A stretch of DNA of 64,000 nucleotides from an uncultured Gammaproteobacteria bacterium (GTDB taxonomy: Bacteria; Patescibacteriota; Patescibacteriia; Patescibacteriales; GWC2-42-12). Where the stretch lies: the NCBI GenBank assembly GCA_964560005.1, contig CAZLKB010000002.1:381-64380 (forward strand). Direction: 5' to 3'. The translations under genes were made by a program, and so were the position numbers. The notes beneath the pieces are model-generated. The model was not told the DNA's origin, ran no database searches, and saw only the letters and a program-made list of their open reading frames with translations. Position 1 is the stretch's first letter; every line of letters starts with the position of its first letter. Of the stretch, positions 25,847 through 35,029 are shown piece after piece.

Positions 25847-26395
25847 ATGTCAAGATTAGGAAAACTACCAATTGAAGTACCCCCGGGAACTCAAATAAAG
25901 CTTGAGCAGGGTTATATTATTGTAAAAGGCCCTAAGGGCGAACTTAAAACCAGGCTGAATGAATCAGTCAAGGTCTTAGTGACCGAGAAAGAAATTACTT
26001 TAAGCATAGAAGATCAAACCAATGGTAAAGAAAAGGCCCTTTGGGGATTATACAGAAGTTTAATTAAAAATATGGTCGTTGGAGTTAATCAGCACTATAT
26101 TGAGAAATTGGAAGTTAACGGCGTAGGTTTTAAGGCGTCGGTCAGCGGCAGCAAATTAACCTTAAATGTCGGTTTTTCCCATCCGGTAATTTATGAATTG
26201 CCTCAGGGTATCAAAGCCGAAGTCCAGGCTAACATTATTTCGATTAGCGGTTCTGATAAATATTTGGTCGGAGAAACGGCGGCTCAAATCAGAAGAGTTA
26301 GGAAGCCCGAACCGTACAAAGGCAAGGGTATAAAATATGTTGATGAGATTATCAGAAGAAAAGCCGGCAAGACTGCCGGCAAGACCGAGAAATAA
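25847..26395 (+). CDS. rplF: 50S ribosomal protein uL6
   Basis: MSRLGKLPIEVP, VKGPKGEL and EPYKGKGIKY motifs. Confidence 0.95.
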   Translation: MSRLGKLPIEVPPGTQIKLEQGYIIVKGPKGELKTRLNESVKVLVTEKEITLSIEDQTNGKEKALWGLYRSLIKNMVVGVNQHYIEKLEVNGVGFKASVSGSKLTLNVGFSHPVIYELPQGIKAEVQANIISISGSDKYLVGETAAQIRRVRKPEPYKGKGIKYVDEIIRRKAGKTAGKTEK

Positions 26396-26492
26396 GGCCT
26401 CGCAACTTGTAACTCGCAACTCATAACTCAAAATGCAATAATATAATTTGGGTTACGGGTTATGAGTTACGAGTTATGAGATGTAAGATTCT
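26396..26492. repeat. palindromic spacer, aactcgcaactcataac family
   Basis: cgcaacttgtaactcgcaactcataactc versus gggttacgggttatgagttacgagttatgag. Confidence 0.8.
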
Positions 26493-26846
26493 ATGGATAA
26501 AAATAAAATTAAACAAACCAAGAGGATCAGGCGCAAAGGCAGGGTCAGGGCTAAGGTTACGGGCATGGCCAGTTGCCCCAGATTAAGCGTGTTCAGATCC
26601 AATCGCGGCATTTATGCCCAAATAATAAACGACGAAAATGGCCGGACTCTGGTTAGCGCCAGTTCTAAGGAAGTAGCAATTACCGGAAAGAAAATTGACA
26701 TAAGCTTGGAATTGGGCAAATTAATCGCTAAAAAAGCGGCGGCCAAGGGTATCGGCCAGGTAGTCTTTGACCGCAACGGCTATAAATATCACGGCCGCGT
26801 CAAGGCTTTGGCCGAAGGCGCTCGCCAGGGCGGTTTAAAGTTTTAA
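26493..26846 (+). CDS. rplR: 50S ribosomal protein uL18
   Basis: [18 protein letters not shown] and [21 protein letters not shown] motifs. Confidence 0.95.
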   Translation: MDKNKIKQTKRIRRKGRVRAKVTGMASCPRLSVFRSNRGIYAQIINDENGRTLVSASSKEVAITGKKIDISLELGKLIAKKAAAKGIGQVVFDRNGYKYHGRVKALAEGARQGGLKF

Positions 26847-27010
26847 ACTTCACAAATCTACAAATTAGCTCACGAATATTACAAATAAGATAAATTATAA
26901 TAAAATAATTTGTAAATTTGTGAATTAATTTGTTGATTTGTGAATAATTATAAGGGAAATAAGAAAGATAAAAAATTAAATATCATCCGATTAAATACAA
27001 TTACATAAAT
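26847..27010. repeat. palindromic spacer, tacaaat family
   Basis: cacaaatctacaaattagctcacgaatattacaaata versus atttgtaaatttgtgaattaatttgttgatttgtga. Confidence 0.8.
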
Positions 27011-27736
27011 ATGAGTGAAGAAATAAAGCAACAAGTCAATCAAGCAAATGTAACAGCACCGGCGGCGGAGGCTAAGGTTAACCCTGTTTCGGCTGCGCCG
27101 GCGACTGAAAAGAAAAATAATTTTGGTTCTGAAATCAGGCCGGGTTCTTCCGACAGGTTTGGAGAAAGAAAAAGAAATTTTAAAGGAAAAAGAGGCGCTC
27201 CGCGCGGCCGAGGCGGAGACGGTATACCGGAAGAGTTTGAACAGAAAATGATTGATATCGCCAGAGTTACCCGCGTTATGGCCGGAGGCAAGAGAATGCG
27301 CTTCAGGGCTTGCGTGGCTATCGGAAATAAAAAGGGCCGGGTGGCGATTGGCTTGGCCAAGGGCGCTGATGTTACCGGAGCTGTCACCAAGGCCGTTAAT
27401 AAAGCTAAAAAGGAGTTTATAGATATACCAATAATAAATGAAACCATACCCCATCAGATTTATCAAAAGTTGGGTGCCGCTAAAATTTTATTAAAACCGT
27501 CCAAAAAGGGGCGCGGTATTATCGCCGGCGGCGTGGTCAGGATTGTTCTGGAATTAAGCGGCGTAAAGAATGTAACCAGCAAGATTTTGGGTACCGGCAA
27601 TAAAGTAAATAATGCCAAATGCGTCATGGCGGCTTTAAAAAATTTAAAAAGGCCGGAACCGAAAAAGGCAAAAGCGGAAAAAGATAAAACCGTTCTGACG
27701 ACCATGACCGATCTTACCGGCCAGGACAAGAAGTAA
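27011..27736 (+). CDS. rpsE: 30S ribosomal protein uS5 (N- and C-terminal extensions)
   Basis: IDIARVTRVMAGGKRMRFRACVAIGNKKGRVAIGLAKG and GRGIIAGG motifs. Confidence 0.93.
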   Translation: MSEEIKQQVNQANVTAPAAEAKVNPVSAAPATEKKNNFGSEIRPGSSDRFGERKRNFKGKRGAPRGRGGDGIPEEFEQKMIDIARVTRVMAGGKRMRFRACVAIGNKKGRVAIGLAKGADVTGAVTKAVNKAKKEFIDIPIINETIPHQIYQKLGAAKILLKPSKKGRGIIAGGVVRIVLELSGVKNVTSKILGTGNKVNNAKCVMAALKNLKRPEPKKAKAEKDKTVLTTMTDLTGQDKK

Positions 27737-27903
27737 ATAATAGATTATAATAAATATAGAATTAATTTTTAATTTTCAATTACTAATTTTCAATGAATTT
27801 TCAATGATTAAATTTTCAAATTATTAAACAGCATTCCCGTTTGAAAATTAATTCATTAATTCATTGATCATTGTTTGAAAATTGAAAATTGAGAATTATT
27901 TTT
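27737..27903. repeat. palindromic spacer, ttttcaat family, at the position where rpmD (uL30) would normally sit
   Basis: aattttcaattactaattttcaatgaattttcaatgattaaattttcaa versus ttgaaaattgaaaattgagaatt; no ORF. Confidence 0.85.
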
Positions 27904-28347
27904 ATGTCTTTATCCTTGCATACAATCAAACCAGCCACAGGTTCTTCAAGACGAAAGAAACGAGTCGGGCGAGGCAATGCTTCCGGCCACGGTTCTTATA
28001 GTACTCGCGGAATCAAAGGCCAAAGATCAAGAACCGGAGGTAAAAATAAACTAAAAAGATTAGGCTTTAAAAAGATTTTAGCGCAGACGCCGAAGAACAG
28101 GGGTTTTAAGTCCGATAAACCGAGAAATCAGGTGGTTAATTTAGAAGATATTAATAAATTTTTCGCCGACGGCGCCGCGATTAATGCCATGACTTTGCTG
28201 AAAGCCGATTTAATCAATACTGTCAGCGAGCCGATAAAGATTTTGGGACAAGGGGAATTAAAGCTTAAAAATTTAGAATTTACCGGGGTTAAGTTAAGCG
28301 ACAGCGCTAAGGCGCAGGTGGAAAAGTTGGGTGGAAAGATAAGTTAG
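27904..28347 (+). CDS. rplO: 50S ribosomal protein uL15
   Basis: GRGNASGHG...RGIKGQRSRTGG motifs. Confidence 0.93.
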   Translation: MSLSLHTIKPATGSSRRKKRVGRGNASGHGSYSTRGIKGQRSRTGGKNKLKRLGFKKILAQTPKNRGFKSDKPRNQVVNLEDINKFFADGAAINAMTLLKADLINTVSEPIKILGQGELKLKNLEFTGVKLSDSAKAQVEKLGGKIS

Positions 28348-28401
28348 AATTTAGAAGTAAGAAGTAAGAAGCAACAAATTTATTAATTGATAATCAAATT
28401 T

Positions 28402-28665
28402 ATGGTTAATAAATTAGAAGAAATAAAAATAAGTATTGGAGAAGAATCTAGAAAAAATGAAAAAAGAGTTGATATGGCTAGAGTTACAGAAATTAATAAA
28501 GCTTCAGTAGAATTGTTTGATGCATTAAAACAGCATGTATCATCTTTAACTGAAGCTGAGGCCGATATTTTAACAAAAAGATTGACTCATGAATTTGAGG
28601 ATTATTTAGCGATTCTGTTAAGAATAAGAAAAGCGGCGTTTGAGAGAAGAAAAGAACATGAATAA
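28402..28665 (+). CDS. hypothetical helical protein (87 aa) between rplO and secY
   Basis: ORF only. Confidence 0.35.
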   Translation: MVNKLEEIKISIGEESRKNEKRVDMARVTEINKASVELFDALKQHVSSLTEAEADILTKRLTHEFEDYLAILLRIRKAAFERRKEHE

Positions 28666-28668
28666 ATT

Positions 28669-28736
28669 TCTGGATTGCACCTCAGTGCAGACCTCGGCGC
28701 AGAAAAAGAAAACGGGGTGCCTGCGCGGGAATGACA
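28669..28736. repeat. two degenerate GC-rich hairpin repeats
   Basis: ctggattgcacctcagtgcag ... gcctgcgcgggaatgaca. Confidence 0.6.
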
Positions 28737-28743
28737 AGAAAAT

Positions 28744-30015
28744 ATGATGGAAAAATTAATCCAAATTTGGAAAGCGCGCGATTTAAGGAATAGCATTCTG
28801 TTCGTTTTGGCTATGCTGGCGATTTTTCGCGTGGCCGCTCATATTCCCGTCCCCGGCGTTGACACGGTGGCCTTAAAAGATTTTTTCGCTTCAAATCAAA
28901 TTTTAGGATTAATGAATATTTTCGCTGGCGGGGGCATGGAAAATTTTTCCATAGTCATGATGGGCGTAGGCCCCTACATCACTTCTTCAATCATTTTTCA
29001 GCTCTTAGCCATGATTATTCCCAAGCTGGAAGAAATGAATAAAGAAGAAGCCGGCCGCCAAAAAGTCAATATGTGGACCCGCTGGCTGACCGTTCCTCTA
29101 GCCGCCCTGGAAGCTTACGGCATGATTACCCTGCTTAGGCGTTCATCCCATCTGATTTTAGGCGATATTGATGCCATGAGCTTAATTACCATGATTATTA
29201 CGATATCCGCCGGCACCATATTTTTAATGTGGCTGGGCGAGCTGATGACGGAAAAGAAAGTCGGCAACGGTATATCCTTATTGATTTTTGCCGGCATCGT
29301 CGCCGGTCTCTTACAGACCGTACAGCAAGTCGCGGTTACTTTTGACCCATCTAAGCTCTATATGATTTTAGGTTTTATAGCTATTGCCCTAATTACCATA
29401 GTCGGCGTAGTGGTAATAAACGAAGGCCAGCGCAATGTGCCGGTGCAATACGCCAGGCAAATCAGGGGCAACCGCATGTTCGGCGGCACCTCAACGCATT
29501 TGCCTTTAAGGGTGAATATGGCCGGAGTGATTCCGATTATTTTCGCTATTTCGGTAGTTATCTTTCCCCCCATGATTGCCCAGTTTTTTGTTAACGCGCG
29601 AACCGAATTTTTAGCCAAAGCGGCCGCTTGGACCATCGGCTTTTTCCAAAATCAACTAGTCTATGCAATCTTGTACTTCTTGCTGGTTTTTGCTTTTACT
29701 TATTTTTATACCGAAGTCATTTTCCACCCCACCCAGATCGCTGAAAATCTGCAAAAGCAGGGCGGTTTTATTCCCGGCATCAGGCCGGGCCGGCATACCA
29801 GCGAATATTTAGCCAATACCACGCATAAAATCATTTTCGTCGGCGCTTTATTTTTAGGCCTGATCGCCATTCTGCCTCTGATTTTAAGATATTTCACCGG
29901 CATGCAATTTTTAACCATCGGCGGAACTTCGCTGTTAATCGTGGTCTCGGTGGTAATTGAAACAGTTAAGCAGATTGAATCGCAGCTAACCATGCGGGAG
30001 TATGAGGGAATGTAA
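28744..30015 (+). CDS. secY: preprotein translocase subunit SecY
   Basis: 423-aa 10-TM ORF; LGLMNIFAGG, GVGPYITSSIIFQLL and FIPGIRPG motifs. Confidence 0.96.
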   Translation: MMEKLIQIWKARDLRNSILFVLAMLAIFRVAAHIPVPGVDTVALKDFFASNQILGLMNIFAGGGMENFSIVMMGVGPYITSSIIFQLLAMIIPKLEEMNKEEAGRQKVNMWTRWLTVPLAALEAYGMITLLRRSSHLILGDIDAMSLITMIITISAGTIFLMWLGELMTEKKVGNGISLLIFAGIVAGLLQTVQQVAVTFDPSKLYMILGFIAIALITIVGVVVINEGQRNVPVQYARQIRGNRMFGGTSTHLPLRVNMAGVIPIIFAISVVIFPPMIAQFFVNARTEFLAKAAAWTIGFFQNQLVYAILYFLLVFAFTYFYTEVIFHPTQIAENLQKQGGFIPGIRPGRHTSEYLANTTHKIIFVGALFLGLIAILPLILRYFTGMQFLTIGGTSLLIVVSVVIETVKQIESQLTMREYEGM

Positions 30016-30080
30016 GCTAAAAATTTTCAATTTCTAATTTTCAATTTTCAAACAATTTTCAATGACTTAATTTTCAAACA
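30016..30080. repeat. half element, ttttcaat family
   Basis: aaaattttcaatttctaattttcaattttcaaacaattttcaatgacttaattttcaa. Confidence 0.8.
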
Positions 30081-30083
30081 AAA

Positions 30084-30112
30084 ATCCCGTGAAGCGGGGT
30101 TTTTGTTTTTTT
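30084..30112 (+). terminator. rho-independent terminator after secY
   Basis: atcccg tgaa gcgggg tttttgttttttt. Confidence 0.75.
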
Positions 30113-30170
30113 ATCCCCTTTCATTTTCTTTATTTTATGATACAATATAGTCATAATTCATAATAAACAT

Positions 30171-31106
30171 ATGGACTTATTTTCCATTATTTTAATCGTC
30201 GCCGGCCTGTGTTTATTCGAGGTGGTTTCCAGCATTGATAACGCCATTATTAACGCCGAAGTTCTTTCTACTATGCAGGCTAAGGCCAGGCGCTGGTTTT
30301 TGCTCTATGGCATATTGATTGCGGTCTTTTTAATCAGGGGACTCTTGCCCTGGCTGATCGTCTGGCTGGCCACGCCCGGCTTAGGTCCGATCGAAGCTTT
30401 AACCGCCACTTTTTCTTCGGATCCTAAAGTTCTGGAAGCGGTGGAAAAATCAGCGCCCATGCTCTTAATTGGCGGCGGCGTGTTTTTAATTTTTTTATTT
30501 TTTCATTGGCTGTTTTTGGAATCAAAAAACTTCGGACTCTGGGGAGAAAGATTTTTTTACCGGAACGGCGTTTGGTTTTATTCGGTTGTCTCCGTATTGC
30601 TGGCTGTTATTGTCTGGGTGGCCTTGGATAAGAACCCTTTAATGGCTTTCGGCGCGGTGGTAGGATCAACGGCTTTTTTCATCACCCACGGCTTTAAGCA
30701 AAATGCCGAGCACCGAGAAAAGGATTTAGCCGATAACAAGAGCTTGTCCGATATAAGCAAGATATTTTACTTGGAGGTGATCGACGCGACTTTTTCCGTG
30801 GATGGAGTTTTGGGCGCTTTCGCTTTCACCCTGTCCGTGCCCTTGATTTTGTTCGGCAACGGCATCGGCGCCTTTGTCGTTCGCCAGCTTACCTTAGGCA
30901 ATATTGATAATATTAAAAAATACTGCTATCTTAAAAACGGCGCCATGTATTCAATTTTCTTTTTGGGCATAATCATGCTTTTGGACAGCTTCGGCTTTCA
31001 TATACCCAGCTGGCTGTCGCCGGTGGTGACTTTCGGCGTAGTGGGTTATTTTTTTTATAAATCTAAATTGGAAAATAAAAATAATTTAGTAAGTAATAAA
31101 ATATGA
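30171..31106 (+). CDS. DUF475 / TerC-like integral membrane protein
   Basis: 311 aa, polytopic; FEVVSSIDNAIINAEVL motif. Confidence 0.6.
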   Translation: MDLFSIILIVAGLCLFEVVSSIDNAIINAEVLSTMQAKARRWFLLYGILIAVFLIRGLLPWLIVWLATPGLGPIEALTATFSSDPKVLEAVEKSAPMLLIGGGVFLIFLFFHWLFLESKNFGLWGERFFYRNGVWFYSVVSVLLAVIVWVALDKNPLMAFGAVVGSTAFFITHGFKQNAEHREKDLADNKSLSDISKIFYLEVIDATFSVDGVLGAFAFTLSVPLILFGNGIGAFVVRQLTLGNIDNIKKYCYLKNGAMYSIFFLGIIMLLDSFGFHIPSWLSPVVTFGVVGYFFYKSKLENKNNLVSNKI

Positions 31107-31468
31107 GCATAAACGATTTACCTAACGGCGGAAAAAACGGTAAGATTATTTTAGTGGGTGGAATAAAAAAATATTTTACCAATGAGCAAATTAAAAAAAA
31201 TGCCAGAAGAACCATGGATCGAGACGAGTCCGCGCTGGAAGAGAATCGTCGTCGTGCTAATATTAGCGTTTTAGGCAAGGTCGGAGGCGGGGTAAAAGGA
31301 ACTGCCGCGACGCGTTTCGGCCTAGGTAAATCTCCATTGACCACTGGTTTTGCTAAAGATGATCAAACGGCGTCGGCCGGTTTCGCTCAAAATAATAACG
31401 ATACCAAGCTAACTGGTAATTCGGCGCGATATAGATCGCTTAAGGGTCAGAAGCCAATCGGGTTATGA
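31103..31468 (+). CDS. hypothetical protein (121 aa)
   Basis: ATGA start/stop overlap with the upstream gene. Confidence 0.4.
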   Translation: MSINDLPNGGKNGKIILVGGIKKYFTNEQIKKNARRTMDRDESALEENRRRANISVLGKVGGGVKGTAATRFGLGKSPLTTGFAKDDQTASAGFAQNNNDTKLTGNSARYRSLKGQKPIGL

Positions 31469-31595
31469 AAATTATAACTTTTTACAAATTTTTCTACGGC
31501 AGACAGGAGAGTTTTGTAATATTGGATAAATAATGTTTTTTTCAAAAAACCGAATAAATAAAAAATATATTGCATCAAGTATAAATTAATTAATT

Positions 31596-32258
31596 ATGCC
31601 AAAAAAAATTATTATTATTTTCGGCCCTCCCGGGTCGGGCAAGGGAACCCAAGCCGAGCTACTAAGCAAAATAACCGGCTGGAAAAAGATTTCTACCGGT
31701 GATTTACTGCGCGCCGAAGTCGCGGCCGGAACTAAACTGGGTAAATTAGCGGAAAAATATTTAAAAAACGGCAAATTGGTGCCGGACAAGCTTTTAATTG
31801 ATTTAGTAGATAAGGGCTTAAAGAAAAAAATGCCCGGTTTTATTTTTGACGGCTACCCGAGAAATTCGGCGCAATTAAAAGATTTATTGATGATGTTTAA
31901 ACGAAGAATTAGAAAAAGCGACTTGGTTTACGCGATATTAGTGGCGGTGAGCGATCAAGAAGTGAAGAAGCGCTTAGGGCAGAGGCGGATGTGCGCTTGC
32001 GGCAAAGTTTATCATCTATTATATAATTCGCCGATCAATGACGGTGTTTGCGATATTTGCGGCGGAAAGTTGTTTATTAGAAATGACGACAGGCCAAAAG
32101 TGATTGAACATCGTCTAAAAATATATCATCATGACATAAAGAGCGTGCTTGACTATTGGCAAAAGCAGGAAAAGCTGATAAAAATAAACGGCGAACAGCC
32201 GATAAAGAAAATCCATGAGGAGATTATTGTCAAATTGAGAGAATTGAAAGTAATTTAG
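31596..32258 (+). CDS. adk: adenylate kinase (zinc-lid type)
   Basis: IIIFGPPGSGKGTQ P-loop; CACGKVYH...CDICGG lid. Confidence 0.95.
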   Translation: MPKKIIIIFGPPGSGKGTQAELLSKITGWKKISTGDLLRAEVAAGTKLGKLAEKYLKNGKLVPDKLLIDLVDKGLKKKMPGFIFDGYPRNSAQLKDLLMMFKRRIRKSDLVYAILVAVSDQEVKKRLGQRRMCACGKVYHLLYNSPINDGVCDICGGKLFIRNDDRPKVIEHRLKIYHHDIKSVLDYWQKQEKLIKINGEQPIKKIHEEIIVKLRELKVI

Positions 32259-32296
32259 TTGGTTTATGGGTTGCTCGGTGAAAAATTTATTTAGGT

Positions 32297-33115
32297 ATGA
32301 TTTCTATAAAAAATAAAAGTGAAATAGAATTATTGCGCCGAGGCGGGAAGATTCTTGGGCAAATAATGAAACAATTGCTTCGGGAAGCGATACCCGGCGC
32401 TACTACCGGCCATTTGGAAGAAATGGCCAATTTTTTAATTGAACAGGCCGGCGGCCGGCCGTCTTTTAAAAATTTTAAGCAAGCCGAAAGCGATAAGCCC
32501 TTCCCCACGGCTTTATGCGCTTGTATAAATAATGAAGTGGTGCACGCGCCCTCCCTGCCTTCGCGGGAATTAAAATTCGGCGATATTTTAACTATAGATG
32601 TGGGCATGGAATACCCGGCAGAAGCTAGGGCTCAAGCGGGTAGGCCGGCCGTAAGAAGAGGCTTTTATACGGATATGGCGGCAACGGTAGCTATCGGCAA
32701 GGTTAGCCGCCAGGCGCAAAAATTAATAAGACTGGCCAAGCAGGCGCTGGTCTTAGGCATTGAGCAGGTTCGGCCGGGAAATAGTTTGAATAATATCGGC
32801 AAAGCGATTGAGCAATATATCAAGAAGTTTAACGGTTTTTCCGTGGTCAGGGACTTGGTCGGCCACGGCGTCGGTTACGACCTGCACGAAGACCCGCAGA
32901 TTCCCAATTACGAATTATCTTATAATAAAAAAATAATTTTAAAGCCCGGTATGGTGCTGGCGATTGAACCCATGGTTAACGCGGGCGATTGGCAGGTAAA
33001 AACCGGAGCTGATGGCTTAACTATTTTAACCGTTGACGGATCATTAAGCGCGCAATTTGAACACACGGTGGTAGTGACGGAACAGGGGCATGAAGTGTTG
33101 ACCAGGTATGAGTGA
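32297..33115 (+). CDS. map: type I methionine aminopeptidase
   Basis: VVHAPS, DVG, GHGVG and EPM motifs; about 15-aa insertion PAEARAQAGRPAVRR. Confidence 0.94.
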   Translation: MISIKNKSEIELLRRGGKILGQIMKQLLREAIPGATTGHLEEMANFLIEQAGGRPSFKNFKQAESDKPFPTALCACINNEVVHAPSLPSRELKFGDILTIDVGMEYPAEARAQAGRPAVRRGFYTDMAATVAIGKVSRQAQKLIRLAKQALVLGIEQVRPGNSLNNIGKAIEQYIKKFNGFSVVRDLVGHGVGYDLHEDPQIPNYELSYNKKIILKPGMVLAIEPMVNAGDWQVKTGADGLTILTVDGSLSAQFEHTVVVTEQGHEVLTRYE

Positions 33116-33130
33116 TAGATAAAGTTAATT

Positions 33131-33235
33131 TAAAATGTAAAAATCAAAATGGAAAATGACAGTTGAAAATGTAAAATTAATAATTTTAAATTTTACATTG
33201 TCATTTTGCATTTTGAGATTTAAACTTTACATTTT
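33131..33235. repeat. palindromic intergenic element, aaaatgtaaaat family (copy 5)
   Basis: taaaatgtaaaaatcaaaatggaaaatgacagttgaaaatgtaaaatt plus complementary arm. Confidence 0.9.
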
Positions 33236-33236
33236 T

Positions 33237-33647
33237 ATGAATTATCTCGGCATAGATTGGGGAGAAAAAAGAATTGGCCTGGCCTTGGCTGACGGCGAAA
33301 CTAAAATCGCCACGCCTTTTAAAGTGGCGGCAAATGTGGCAGAAGTGCTGAAAGCGGCGGCAGAGGAAGAAATAGACGTGGTGGTGCTAGGCAAGCCGTC
33401 TTCAATTACGAATAATCAATTACAAATTACGAATGAAAAATACAATAAATTTATTGACGAATTGATGAGTAAGGTGAAAGTACCCGTTGAATTGGTTGAT
33501 GAGCGTTTGTCTAGCAAGGCGGCCGATGCTTTAATCGGCACTAAAAAAATTTACCCGCCGAAGCCTAGGCGAAGGCGGGCCAAGGCTTCTCGCGACGAAA
33601 TCGCGGCTATGCTGATTTTACAAAGTTATTTGGATAGAAAAATATAA
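33237..33647 (+). CDS. ruvX: Holliday junction resolvase-like RuvX/YqgF
   Basis: MNYLGIDWGEKRIGLALAD, DERLSS and AAMLILQSYLD motifs; the track start at 33156 lies in the repeat. Confidence 0.85.
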   Translation: MNYLGIDWGEKRIGLALADGETKIATPFKVAANVAEVLKAAAEEEIDVVVLGKPSSITNNQLQITNEKYNKFIDELMSKVKVPVELVDERLSSKAADALIGTKKIYPPKPRRRRAKASRDEIAAMLILQSYLDRKI

Positions 33648-33770
33648 TTCAAATACTACAAATGCAAGGCAAATACTACAAACATGTTTTAACGGGGGCG
33701 AAGAATATCGGCAAAACAGTTAATTTTGTAGTATTTGGATATTATTCGTAGTATTTGAATTATATCTATT
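33648..33770. repeat. palindromic spacer, tactacaaat family
   Basis: ttcaaatactacaaatgcaaggcaaatactacaaa versus tttgtagtatttggatattattcgtagtatttgaa. Confidence 0.8.
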
Positions 33771-34502
33771 ATGGAAGAAACCTATAATGTAAAAGCCATA
33801 ATTTTAAACCGTCGGCCGGTTGGCGAAAGCGATAGCCGGATAACGGCTTACTCGCACGAGAAAGGCAAGCTGGAGTTAACCGCCCGCGGCACGAAAAAGA
33901 TAAAATCCAAGCTAGCCGGTCATCTGGAGCCGTTTAATTTAGCAGATATTATGGTGGCGCGCGGTCAAAAGTATGATTATGTAGGCACGGCGGTCAGTGA
34001 AAAATGTTTCAGCGGCGTTAAAAATAATTTGGAAAAATTGACAGCCGCCGGGCAAGCGGTGAAGATTGTGGACCGGCTCATAAAGCCGGGCGTGGCGGAT
34101 AAGGGAATTTTTGAATTGCTAAAAGATTATTTAGAGATTTTAAATAAAACCAAGGCTGACCCTGAGATTTTGACTTCATTATTTATTTTTAAACTTTTAG
34201 CTAACCTCGGACATCAACCCGAGCTATCGCGATGTTTAAACTGCGGCGGTAAAATCCAGCCCGGAAAGAACCGTTTTGATTTTTCTCTAGGCGGTTTGGT
34301 TTGCGAAAAGTGCGCCGACCCGAAAGATGCCAACCAACCTGCCTCGCAGGAAGACAGGTTGGTCGTATCCGATGACGCGATTAAACTTCTGCGGCTGGCG
34401 CTGAAATCTGATTTTAAACAATTAGGGAAAGTGAAAGTTGGTAAAAAATTAGGAGAAGATGTCGCGGGGGTTATTGAAAAGTTTTTTAGGTATAGTTTTT
34501 AA
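33771..34502 (+). CDS. recO: DNA repair protein RecO
   Basis: 243 aa; OB-fold N-terminus plus CLNCGG...CEKC zinc motif. Confidence 0.85.
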   Translation: MEETYNVKAIILNRRPVGESDSRITAYSHEKGKLELTARGTKKIKSKLAGHLEPFNLADIMVARGQKYDYVGTAVSEKCFSGVKNNLEKLTAAGQAVKIVDRLIKPGVADKGIFELLKDYLEILNKTKADPEILTSLFIFKLLANLGHQPELSRCLNCGGKIQPGKNRFDFSLGGLVCEKCADPKDANQPASQEDRLVVSDDAIKLLRLALKSDFKQLGKVKVGKKLGEDVAGVIEKFFRYSF

Positions 34503-34523
34503 TTAAACATTAAAAAGAAAAAT

Positions 34524-34901
34524 ATGGGTAGCTTCATCGAAATGAATGACACCTTGCAAATAACTATAGAGCAGGGTTTTCCGAAAGAGCTGGATTATGA
34601 AAAACATAAAATCAAGCCGTATAAGGCCGATGACTTTAAGGGTGCAATTTTTGAATTTAAAAATAAATTGGGAGTGAGGATATATCACTTGCCGCCGGTG
34701 CGTAATTTGTTAGTGCAAAATATTGACAACAAATGGCTTTATTGGGGATTGGTGCATATCACTGAAGTTAAACATGATAATTTAAAAAAGACTACTTCGG
34801 GAAAATTTAAAATAATTTATATTTATACACCGGAGGAAATGAAACAAGCACATAAATTGATTGATAGAAATAAAAAAACCGACTATTTTAAAGTGGTTTA
34901 A
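34524..34901 (+). CDS. hypothetical protein (125 aa)
   Basis: ORF only. Confidence 0.45.
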   Translation: MGSFIEMNDTLQITIEQGFPKELDYEKHKIKPYKADDFKGAIFEFKNKLGVRIYHLPPVRNLLVQNIDNKWLYWGLVHITEVKHDNLKKTTSGKFKIIYIYTPEEMKQAHKLIDRNKKTDYFKVV

Positions 34902-35029
34902 ATTCTTGCCTAACTTAGTAAAATAAGCTAAAATATAAGCACAAATTAAATATAAATTATAATGAATTTTAGCGAATCTGCTGTTTTAAATTATTCGTGT
35001 TAATTCGCTATAATTAGCCTAAATTAGTT

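Noticed and set aside
32600-32660. A 15-aa insertion in methionine aminopeptidase (PAEARAQAGRPAVRR), considered as another in-frame repeat.
   Set aside because: The underlying DNA shows no convincing match to any repeat family in the window. It may be a lineage-specific loop.
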